Assembly (NCBI GenBank): GCA_023231475.1
Contig: JALJEE010000381.1
Location: 1-56,282, forward strand
DNA: 56,282 bases
Reading direction: 5' to 3'
Origin: Seison nebaliae
Taxonomy: Eukaryota
Shown: positions 45,733-56,282 of the stretch, one piece after another
Layout: the number at the start of each line of letters is the position of its first letter
Position numbering within the stretch: position 1 is the first letter of the stretch
Translations under genes and position numbers: made by a program
Notes under the pieces: model-generated
Told to the model about the DNA's origin: nothing
Database searches by the model: none
What the model saw: the letters and a program-made list of their open reading frames with translations, nothing else

Positions 45733-48293
45733 ATGACCAATCATCTATTATCCCATTATCATCTACTTCGATTTCTTATTATTATTATTAGCATTATTGG
45801 GACGATCAACACCTTGCCAAACATTCGACGTTCAACTTTCTCTTGTCCATCTCATTGTGTTTCACAACTCTTTCTAGTATATCTCGACAAAACTATCGAT
45901 TGTGGTACTGCGAGAGAAATTGATGGTGCTGTCATCTATAGTCAATCTGGTTCCGTATATAAAGCAAATACTTATTGTAAAGTCATTCTTCAAGTTCAAC
46001 TTCTTTTCTTTTCGTCATCTAAATTCATTATCATCCCTCTTCTCATTAAATTTGATCACATTCCCTCTCACTTTGAAGGCGAGAACACCTGGTTGGAGAT
46101 TAATGATGTATTTCGTCTATTTCAACATCACATCCACTTCTTCCTCTCATGGATTGAAATGTTCGGATAAATTAACAATCTATGATTCGTATGAAGCCAA
46201 TGAGCATAATGTGAGAGTTAGTTCACTTTTATTCACCCATCCCATTAAACTTCTTCCCCATTTTTTAAAAATTATAGCCAGATCTTGGTGGTATGACTGG
46301 TCTATGTAATTTCGCACCTGTAAGACCAATATTTTTTGGGAGTTCACTTACCATCGAATTCTTTTCCGATGATGATCCAACTGATAATGGAAGCGGATTC
46401 CAAATTATTGTGACGTCTTTCTTTGATGAGAAATTCTACAGGAAATGGAACAATTTTCAACGATATCGAAAAAATTTTAAGAATTCCCAACTTTTTAAAA
46501 AGTATGAGAGTATGAAATACATAAAACTGGATGTGAATCGAATAGAGAACGTCCGTTTACGATACACTGCTCAACATTGTACAGATGCAGCCAGAACTTT
46601 ATTATCGCACTCGCGGTCGTTAGTGGAGAATATTGCTCAATTATTCTTCTGTCCTACACAATTGTCTCTCAATCAATTTCCGCCAATGAATAGTGTAAAT
46701 GATTATGATAAATATTTGAATGACGCTCAACATATTAGTCGATCGAATGGTTTGTGTATATCAGCTGATTTGGTATGTGATCGTATAAAACACTGTCATT
46801 CATATTTCAATTCGTCTGACGAAGAGCACTGGGCGTGCAATGCCAATGAATTGCCACCATTCTCCAAAAATTTCCAGATATCTAATAACCATAATGGAAA
46901 TTTTAATGATGTAAATCAGAATAGTGGATTTGAATGGTTAAACATCTTTGGGCTATCAGTTGAAGCATTGATCACTGTTTCCATGGCAACGATTGTCACA
47001 TTAATCAGCATAATTATTGCGTGTGTGATATGTTGTTGTCGCAACGGAGGCCCATTCAGCTGCTTCGTTCGTTGTTGTTGTTGTTGTCACGAGAGAAACA
47101 ATTCATCCAATTCTTCCGTGTCGTCAATTGGAGCGTCGTCGATAGAAATAATGGAGAAGAAATCGAATTTCTGCTGTTTCGCTCATCATCGAAAAGATCG
47201 TTTGGAGAAGCGCCTGGCACAACAAAAACATTTGACTGTACAGAATATTCGAAGTAGGAATCGGAACAATTCGAAAGAGAAATGTTCCTTAATTCTGACA
47301 GACAGGAGGACGTTGGAAGAAGAATATCGAAAGAGAATGAAATTGAAAGATAAAGAAATCCAAAGTGAATTGGAGAAGTTTGATGAAATGAAACCGAACG
47401 TGAAAAATAAAACTGATACTATCGGTTATCAACATCAGATTGTTATGGCAGAAGATCATCAACATTTAACAAACGAACTAAATGAAAATCAATTAGGTAA
47501 TTATGCGAATAACATGACGACGTTACCGAAACAGAATCAATATTTTTCCTCTCCCCTCCTCTCACCTACTCATCCGAATAATACGATTAATGTAAAGAAC
47601 GTTCAATCGCCATCAATGATTATCGTATCGAGAGCAAATACATTACGAACATCCCAATTAAATGATCCACAAAGTGTATATCGTACTGGATCTTTACTAC
47701 TCTCTCCTTATGCACCTGACCACCAACAACAACAACAAGAGACATTAAAAGAACTTAATAATCATAATCCTAATATTTTTTTAACAACAAATCAACAACA
47801 ACAACAACAACAATCAGAGCAACAAGGTCAAGTTCGACCTTCATTAATACATCACCCGCTTCACCAACAACAACAACAACAACATCAACCACCACAAATC
47901 TTATTGACTTCTGATCCCAATCAATATTTAATTAGTCCGGCTGATAATATCATTCACCAGCAACAACAACAACAACAACAACAACAACAAATTCCCCAGC
48001 AATTAACTCATCAATTTCATCATTTTGCTCCCATCGAAAAACGGCCTCAATATTATACACCGACATTGAAAAGACATTGTGATACAATTGATCGACAACA
48101 ACATCCGTCGCAAATACCTGTCAATCTTCATCATCATCATTTACAACAGAAGCAGCCACAACAATCGAACCAGCAACAACCTCTTCGAATGATGACATCG
48201 TTAAATGGTGAACAATTTATTAGTCGACCAATCTACGGATCGTTGTTGAGACAAAATGGACAATTATATTTTGTGGATGAAAGATCAAAATGA
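45733..48293 (+). CDS. Type I membrane protein: signal peptide, CUB, LDLa, TM, poly-Q cytoplasmic tail; 3 exons
   Basis: CUB: YKANTYCKVILQ|ARTPGWRLMMYFVYFNI...CSDKLTIYD...LTIEFFSD...GSGF. LDLa: CISADLVCDRIKHC...SDE. TM: ALITVSMATIVTLISIIIACVI. Introns 45994-46078 and 46217-46277. Confidence 0.85.
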
Positions 48294-49501
48294 AACTTCT
48301 CAACATCTTCCACTACTTCTACCTCAAAACCGAAATTTCAAGTTTTGCTTCGCTCTCCAAATTTTGGTACTTCTTAGATTAGTTCCATTTTGCCCAATTG
48401 TAAATAGCCGAATTGGAATGGGAGAAATTATAATATTTCCTCCCTAATATTTTGACCTTCTTCCTCCATCACTTTTACAATTCATTCATCTATTCATCTA
48501 ATAATCATTCTTTTTTTTCATTTCATTTCCACAAAAGAAAGTTTCTCGTCATCAATTCTCTTCGTCTTTCCATCGAATATAAATCATTTCTTATAATTTA
48601 TTCTGTATATTGTTGAATGAACTCGAATAAAACTTAAAGAAAAAACAACACAACTTCAACATTCTCTCAAAATATTTTATACTTTTCTTCCGATCAATTA
48701 AATACATCCATCATCCATTGCCTGACGGAAGAAGCACACGTGAGTTCCCATATCCAGTCTACCTATCCGATCGACTGGTTGACGAGAACACGAATTCCAA
48801 CTTTCTCTAAATTCAACAACTTCTGTCATTTACATGAAAATATTTCTTCTCAATCACTAAAAAGAACACATAACAACAAAGAGGAACTAGCACGCTGGTG
48901 GAAAGTTCTATGAAATGGAAATGTTTGAAAAAAAAATGAAAGTAAACTGGAAAAACAAAGAACTAATAGTAACTACGTAGCTCTACCTTAAAATTCAACT
49001 GGATATGAAACTAACCGAATAATCTCTGTAGCTCATACGAAAGTCGTCGTCGCTAAACTCGATCCGTTTATTGAATATATTAACTAGAAGGAAAGAAACA
49101 CTGCTAGAAACATTTTTATTACTATTTAGCCTATTCTAAAATTTTCACCTTCAACACATTTATCGTTTCTTCCTTCCACTTACTCATACGCAGATTCGTT
49201 TGCTCGTAGCTTGCCAACGTAAACAAAACGAGAGAAACGATAAAGATGTGATCGATTAACTTTAGAGCATGGAGATGAAAAACATTCTGCTCCATTCCTC
49301 TCTAACCAGCAATGGGAAAAGTAAACAGAACGTAAAGTAAAATAAAATAAAAGTGAATTCTCTCCGAGACATTTTGACAACTTCTTTTGATAATCTAATA
49401 ATCGATAGAATTCTCATTTTCTCCACAATTAGATGATGATTGACTTATAAGATTAATGTATTCATAAATCATTTCCTTCTTGCCAATTCCACTCCCTGAA
49501 A

Positions 49502-50814
49502 ATGTCAGCGACCGAATATGTTCTTTTTGATACAGCAGCACCCATAACGGTGAAAAAGGCTTTTGATAGACGACCTCCCTCTATTCTCAAATTTGACGAG
49601 CAAAGTGAAGAAAAACCCACTCCATATCTCCAAATACATTACGATTACGCGGCAGAAAGGTTAGAGAATTTGCGTCATGATAGACAGCTCGATCACTTCC
49701 TTCAACATCTCCTAATGAATCGGAGGAAAATGATGCAAAAGAGTAAATTAGAAAAAAAAGTTAATATTTCTTCTTCATTAAAACCTTCATTCATATATAT
49801 ATATATATATCATTCCATTTCCTCATTCGTCATCTCATCGAAAAGAGTTTGGAAGATCGGGTCGAATTCCTTAAACAAATCGAACAGATAATGGATCGTA
49901 ATAAACATACTTCCGCTGCCATAACAATGCCGAAAGTTAATAAGAATTATATCTTAAATAATCAAGACGAATATGTCCGACGATCGAAGAACGTAAATCA
50001 GATTCGAATCGATAAAAATATCTTGATCGACGACTCGATTGATGACAATCATTTGAAGGAGAAATGTTCAGAACAATTCCTCAACGATCGATTACGAATA
50101 GCAGCAGGTAAATTACCAATGAAACACTATCGACCTGATGAAAAGGATAACAATAATACCAACATTAGACAAAATAATATGAATAAAACTATTTCGACGA
50201 ATTCTCAAACGAAAATAAAAAAGAAAGTGAATTTTGTCGAACTTAACAAATTGGCGATCTCGTCTAAATTGAAGAACGAATATATTCTCAACCGTGAAAC
50301 ATTCCAATTATCCACCAACAGTAAGTCGAAACAATCGAATAAATATTTGAAAACTACATCATATAGGTCAGATCTGTATCAAGCTAAATCGCGACTCAAA
50401 TTAAAAGACGAACATTCTATCGATAAAAAAGCGGAGAAAAAAATGCATAAATCGGCTCCAATTTCATCTTACGGTCGGAATTCGAGTAAAAGAAATACAC
50501 AATCCACATCTGCAATGGCAAGATCAATTCGAGAATTAGGAAATTTGACATTGGTCGATTTGGTGCGCAATCGAGAAACGAAGAATGAATCCGCGAAAAA
50601 ATTTGAGACGATTCGCAAACAGAATATCGAATTCAATCGGAACGTTCTCGAAAAAGCCAACGACTTTATCGAGAAGTTACAACAAGAAAAAATTATGAAA
50701 TTAGAAGAAAAATCGAAGAAAAATTCTACACCAAAATTTTATGTTAATAACATCGATTCTAATGGAAAGTCGATGATGCAGTCATTTTCTATTAAACATT
50801 TTGTATCGGTCTAA
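49502..50814 (+). CDS. Orphan basic protein, 2 exons
   Basis: A phase-0 intron at 49760-49845 joins ORFs 49502 and 49849; no recognised domain. Confidence 0.65.
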
Positions 50815-51119
50815 TATCTCTCTCAATTAATTTTCGAGTTAATACATAATAAATTAATAGGTTCCACAAATAAACTTCGAAGGATCTCTATGAATCAATA
50901 TATTCTATATAAAGTCAACATTACAAATAATCAAACTAAAATATAGATAAATGACGATAACTTTTCTCTATTGAATGTTCTATGTATATTTTGATCGCTC
51001 TGTTGAAGTTCTTTCGAATCTCTCTTTAAAAAACAAGAAACAAACTATGATAATAATTTTTAATAAAAAAAAAATCTTCTTTACATCGTTTACTTATTTA
51101 CTTAACATCCTAATCATGT

Positions 51120-52338
51120 TTCTCTAGCTGATCTCGTCACCCTATATTTTTTTAATGAAAATCAGTGATTTCGTCACCCATAAAACGGTGAATTCGTCAC
51201 CCTTTTTTACAGTATTGCGGTTATTTGGTCACCCTGGAAAATTATTCAACTTAAATTTTGCGTAGTTTTTGTTATACGGTGAATTCGTCAACCATCTAAT
51301 TGCATTAATGAGTTTTTATAAGGAATTTAGATGATTTTGGTTGAAAATTATTTATATCCTAATATTGGATGATCAAAAAACTTATTTGGAAATCTTATAA
51401 CGAAGTATTAAAACATTTAAAATAACTTTTAATGTAATGAACTTTAAAAAAAGTCGTGAGAAACGTCTTCGAGAGAAAATACCACGTGAAATAAATGTCA
51501 CTTATTGATGAGAAATTTACTAACATTTTTATTGTACTTGTAAATTTAATTTAGTGTATGAACAATATTCCTTGTGGGAAACAATATAAAGCAAGACAGC
51601 ACGTTTATCCCAACGGGAATTCTAACTAATAAATAATATCTCTCTAAAAATCATAAGGTAATATTTTACAAATCTCCTGATAATCTCCTCAACGGCAATG
51701 ATTGAGAATGTCGATACTTTTATTCACCATTTTTTTGACAAATTACAAATCTTGGAGAAGTTAAATAGAAATTTCGGATTTGATATTGGAAGAAAAACAT
51801 GGAGAAATAATATAACAAATTAGTAATCAAAGTGGGAAAAAATTTTTACTCACGTTTTATAATTTCCAAAGATTGGGATTGGATAATTCAGTTTCAATTT
51901 TTTCGTAAAATGAGTAATGAGTTATTTATGCAATTTTTTTGCTTGAAGTGAGAAACTTGGAAATTTTATTTCATCATTCTGTTTTACTTTTCTTTTGCAC
52001 GAATGATGAAGGGAAGATATTTTAGAATGACACTCATTAATTTCCTAAATTAATTATTAATGAATCCCATTTAATCCATTAAAGAGAATCAACTAAATCA
52101 GAAAATTTATGAGATTAATAGTGTTGGGTGACGAAACTAGAATAAAATGTAATGAATTGCGATGGCAAGTTTTAAAAATAATTTGTTTCGGAACATAGTA
52201 CACTTTACTCTTCTGTATACTCTTTCTAACCATTTAAAGAAAACAGGGTGACGAACTGTCCGTTTGAAAAACGACGAACTGTCCGAATCTGGAAAAAAAT
52301 GATGAGCAAATCTAAGGGTGACGAAATCACCGCGTACC
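51120..52338. mobile_element. Non-autonomous TIR DNA element with reiterated subterminal motifs
   Basis: Five (C/G)GTCA(C/A)CC-type motifs at the left (51135-51293), three GGGTGACGAA at the right (52126-52330). GTGATTTCGTCACCC (51165-51179) is the exact reverse complement of 52316-52330. Left boundary approximate; no TSD found. Confidence 0.7.
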
Positions 52339-52963
52339 AGATCCTTAGAGAAAATTAATCAAATGACACTTGTAATCTATGCAAAATTTCAGCAACAATA
52401 GGTAAAATGACAATATTTAAATAAAACAAGACTTACTAATTATTAATTAATAAATAATAATAAAAATTTTTTTTGTTTCGTAAACTTTTTCCAGGCAGCC
52501 TTTTAATCTCAATATACTAATTCCTTCATTCATCGAAATGGGAATAACTCATTGAAAGTATTTAAGAGGAGAACTCACGTGGACAGAGTTCAATACCCAG
52601 AGAATTTATGAAGAAATAATTAGCACTTAACATTGGAAGAAAGTATGAATTAATTAGATACTTACATTATAAGAGAGTAAAATTATTATTACGTTTTTAA
52701 TTATTTATTCAAATACCTAAATTAGGATAAACTTATGAATAATGAAAAATGTAAATGTAAAGTTGTATGATCGATAAAAGGGGGAGATTCTAACTGTAAG
52801 TAACAATGGTGTAAAGATTGATAATGGTGTTCGTCTTTACACACTTAATAAACGCTAGTTATGCTTCTAGTCATTGATCATGTCATTAATTCTCACCTCG
52901 GAACGTGCGTAGATCACTGCGCTACGCACGCCCCAATTATGTGGAGTAATCTACGACCTCTGC

Positions 52964-53069
52964 GAACTCGAACGGGAAAAAACTTTATGAATGTAAAATA
53001 TGCATATTTTACATTCATATGGGAACTCGACATTCAACTATACAGAACGGGAACTCGAACGGGAAAAAA
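52964..53069 (+). repeat. 19-bp exact direct repeat GAACTCGAACGGGAAAAAA, two copies, plus partial copies
   Basis: Copies at 52964-52982 and 53051-53069; partials GGGAACTCGAC and AGAACGGG lie between them. Confidence 0.85.
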
Positions 53070-53642
53070 TTCCACATGTGGAATCGTATCACAAAATTAC
53101 TTTGCGTCTATTCAAAATTAACTAATGAAAAAGAGATTGAACAGAATGAATTGATATTTGAATATTTTTTTTTTAAATAAACATTTTGTTTTTGTGTTTT
53201 GTAACATTTTGTAAAAATTTTTCTTTAACATCAATGATAAATTGAACGTTGAATGTTTGAACGCCAACGGAAAAAAAAAATTTTATTGTCTGAAAATAAA
53301 CCTATAGGTCTTTGAAACGATTCTGAACATCATAGTGTTTTTAAAATTTAAATTTTGGACTTTCTTAAAAAATTTAGTTTAAAAAACTTTTCGAAAAATT
53401 TTAGGCTTAATTTAATTTGCACAGTAGAAACATTCAAAATGAAAGTAGAAATTGTTCTGAAGACATTTAATTTTAAGTGCAACATAAAAACTTATAGGGA
53501 TAAAAGTAAGTCAACAACATAATCTCCTTACCGAATAATAAAACTAATTATAATAGAGAAGTCCTTATTTTATTCTTAAATTATAACGAACACATTATGA
53601 TTATGATTATTATACACCGGTTATTAATTATGAAAATACATG

Positions 53643-53855
53643 GATTGGCGGACAGATCGTAACCCTATATAAAAATTATGTATACAACCCAAAAAATGAC
53701 AGTTTGTAACCTAATTTTCTCAATTTCGGACAGTTCTCAATATATGATATATCATACATATGTATATATTCATATCAATATATCAATAAATATATATAAA
53801 TGAATAAATATAATATAAATAATTTTTGTATAGGGTTCCAATCTGTCCGGTTACC
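53643..53855. mobile_element. 213-bp MITE with ~37-bp imperfect TIRs and 8-bp target-site duplication
   Basis: Left end ..CGGACAGATCGTAACCCTATATAAAAATTAT versus reverse-complemented right end GGTAACCGGACAGATTGGAACCCTATACAAAAATTAT. AATACATG flanks both sides (53635-53642 and 53856-53863). Confidence 0.88.
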
Positions 53856-54993
53856 AATACATGATGGAATGAACTATTAGGGTCAAATTGTTAGAAATTG
53901 ACATTGAGGATATGAATACCATTTACTTTATAATACTTTACCTTTTTGTGCAAGATTGGAATTTATTCAGTCTAGTTGGAAGTCCGGTTTCATTAGGAGA
54001 AATATAATAAAACTTTTAAGAAAGCAGTAAGTTTAGGTCGATTACTGTTTTTCACTTGAACTGTCTTCAATTATCTATATCCGGTAAATGGGCACAATGA
54101 CGAATTTCATTATTTTAAACAAATTGAATGTGTTTTATTTTACTAAAACTATTTTGGTCCAACAACAAATTCATTTTCATGTTAGCAGAAATATTTATAC
54201 GGAACTTTAATACCAAACATTCGAAAGGATGTTTAAATCATTCTCTACATATTTAGTTTCTCCTAAGGATTCTCATGGAAAGTCTTTAGAATGAACAATA
54301 AACTCCCAATGTACATGGTATCTCATTTAGTCAACAAGTCTCATTTGCAATCAAAATTTTCCATCCTCGTTTTTCAATGTCCTCATAATTATGAAGTTTC
54401 TTTCGGCTTCATACCATAGGAATGTTCAGCTAATAATGTTCATCATAGTGTTAACTACGTAAATTATTTATAACGGCTTCATAAATATTCCACTGATTTG
54501 ATAACTTAATTTGATCAGATTTTTTAAAATATCTTATAATATTTTCAAATTTTCATTATAAATAATATTTTCATTAATATGAATTATTAGACGTCAGGTT
54601 AACTTCGATTATTCTACCGTTTTTTCTATAGTGAATTAACCAAATTAATCCAGTAAGTCATCAAAAACGACTTATTTGTTCAATCATCTAGCGAATGTTC
54701 TAATTATTTCTAAAAAGGAACACTTTATTCTTCTCATTTTTATCCCATATTTCACATAAGAAATTTCGTCAATTATGCTATCAAATCTACCTTTATTTTC
54801 CTCATTTTTGTTTTTTTATTTTTTATTTATAAATGCAATATCCGTCAAATAAATTTTATTAGATCGTTCCTTAAAAACAACGGAATCTTGTTTATTTCCG
54901 TCTGCTTATTTTTAGAAAATCAAATTTTATACACATTATTTTTACAGTTTATTAATATAATTTTTCTTCATAGAACATATTAAGAAGAATATT

Positions 54994-55872
54994 ATGATTA
55001 TTTCAGCAAGTTTTCTAGTTTATCTTACCACATGTTATTATCTGTGTATGGTGAATTGTTCAGTTTTCAAGATCCAATACAATAATCTTAATTTGGAGGA
55101 ATATGATATGATGGGAAGTCTCGCTCGACAGTCGGTGATATGTTCAAACAATGCAGATTGTATCGGTTTTAAACTGATTTACACGATAGAAACAAACTTT
55201 TGTTTTAGAATTATGTTTCTCCTTTTATCCCAGACCTGCATCAAGGAAATTGAAAGTTTCATTATTTATGAAAATCTTATAACAACTATCGTCTATCGAG
55301 ACGATATAGCCACAATTTTACCGCTTTTAATAACTGAAAATCCAACGGGTTTACAATCCATATATGCTGATTCGGAAGTCTCGGCTACTTCGGAAACACA
55401 GTTCGCCGTATTCAATTCTTCAATGAATCATTCTTTGGCGCAATATGAGAAGGGATTTGAAGTAGACAACAGCAATTATTTTAGAGGATTAATTTTTTTG
55501 TCTAAAGTCAGTTTAAAATATTCGAAACTATCCCTCAAAATATATTTAATGCGAACTGGTGATAGTCATCCTCTAAGTTTCCTATTGAAATTCAATGAAG
55601 CATTATCTTGTACCAATAAATATAAATTAGACATCAAATGCTACAAAATAAATTCTGACGCCACTTTAACTTACAAGGAAGGGTTCACTCAACAGTTGAA
55701 TGTGGAGTTCATAACTTGGGATACCAAACCAATTTCTTTGTTTTCCGGTTTTGGATTTTGGACTAAAGATTCAGGCGGAATTATTAGAGAGAATGGTACA
55801 TATTATCGAAAATATGACGACGGTTCTTATGAAGTTTCAAGTATTGTTTTAACTCTTATCAGAGAATTATGA
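54994..55872 (+). CDS. Secreted protein with PAN/apple-like Cys module and divergent fibrinogen C-terminal-like domain, intronless
   Basis: Signal peptide; ICSNNADCIGFKLIY..C; MNHSLAQYEKGF...NYFRGLIFLSKV, NKYKL, FITWD, GFW and C-terminal SIVLTLIR follow the order of FReD motifs. Confidence 0.6.
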   Translation: MIISASFLVYLTTCYYLCMVNCSVFKIQYNNLNLEEYDMMGSLARQSVICSNNADCIGFKLIYTIETNFCFRIMFLLLSQTCIKEIESFIIYENLITTIVYRDDIATILPLLITENPTGLQSIYADSEVSATSETQFAVFNSSMNHSLAQYEKGFEVDNSNYFRGLIFLSKVSLKYSKLSLKIYLMRTGDSHPLSFLLKFNEALSCTNKYKLDIKCYKINSDATLTYKEGFTQQLNVEFITWDTKPISLFSGFGFWTKDSGGIIRENGTYYRKYDDGSYEVSSIVLTLIREL

Positions 55873-56282
55873 TTTTACGCGTTAAAGAAGATTTTAAAAA
55901 TGATTCTATTTAATTATTTTAATATTATTTTATATGAAGATGAAAAATTTTAATTTCTGTGTTTGGAAATTTCTCCCCGATGAAAAGAATCGAACTCGAA
56001 AACTAAATTGAATTTAATCTCAATTTATTATAAAATTTATCACAAATTTTTTAAATTCTAAAAGTATTTATTATCGTTTCTCAACTTTTCATTCCAATTT
56101 TTTCTCGAATAAAATAGTATTTTTAATGAATTTTTGATCTTATTGAAGTGGTTGGGCTCAGGATTTATTTAATTCAATTATAAAATAAAAAGATAATAAA
56201 TGAAGTCAAGACGGAGTATCTTGACTAGCAATGGAAAGTAATTGACGAGAGTCGGAAACGTAGTTTGGCGGAAGTAAGACAC

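Noticed and set aside
48716..48913. ATG-less 65-codon open frame in a slightly GC-richer patch
   Set aside because: No start codon, no recognisable motif and no clear splice partner.
51400..52050. Transposase remnant inside the TIR element
   Set aside because: All frames I read are broken by stops, and no convincing DDE motif could be read.
51120..53069. Short spaced repeats as a CRISPR array
   Set aside because: Repeats are short, irregularly spaced and invert polarity; there are no cas genes; the context is eukaryotic.
1..56282. Alternative genetic code or stop readthrough explaining the fragmented ORFs
   Set aside because: Every break in conserved genes is resolved by a short GT-AG intron, and long ORFs translate cleanly in the standard code.

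Overview
AT-rich, gene-dense genomic DNA from a compact animal genome. The taxon cannot be fixed from sequence; a small spiralian such as a seisonid/rotifer relative is only a guess. From left to right the window holds: a decayed non-LTR retrotransposon RT; two tandem intronless bacterial-type alanine racemase genes; a sulfotransferase; eight co-oriented minus-strand genes (SLC28/CNT, CNOT2-like, CPEB1-like, FAM8A1, CDKAL1, ULK3, EXOC4, a large secreted precursor); a synaptotagmin-like gene; speriolin-like, MATCAP-like, sigma GST and DUF4709-like genes; several orphans; a CUB-LDLa membrane protein; a block of non-autonomous TIR elements; and a divergent fibrinogen-domain gene. Highlights: (1) about 37 of 42 manually reconstructed short introns begin GTT and none requires GTRAG, which points to altered 5' splice-site recognition. 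(2) The racemase pair is probably horizontally acquired, and the second copy carries the Tyr-to-Asn change at the Y354-equivalent position that marks VanT-type serine racemases. (3) Gene packing is extreme: a 97-nt convergent CDS overlap, interlocked stop codons, and divergent start codons 9 nt apart. Gene models were built by hand and family calls rest on remembered motifs, not database searches.
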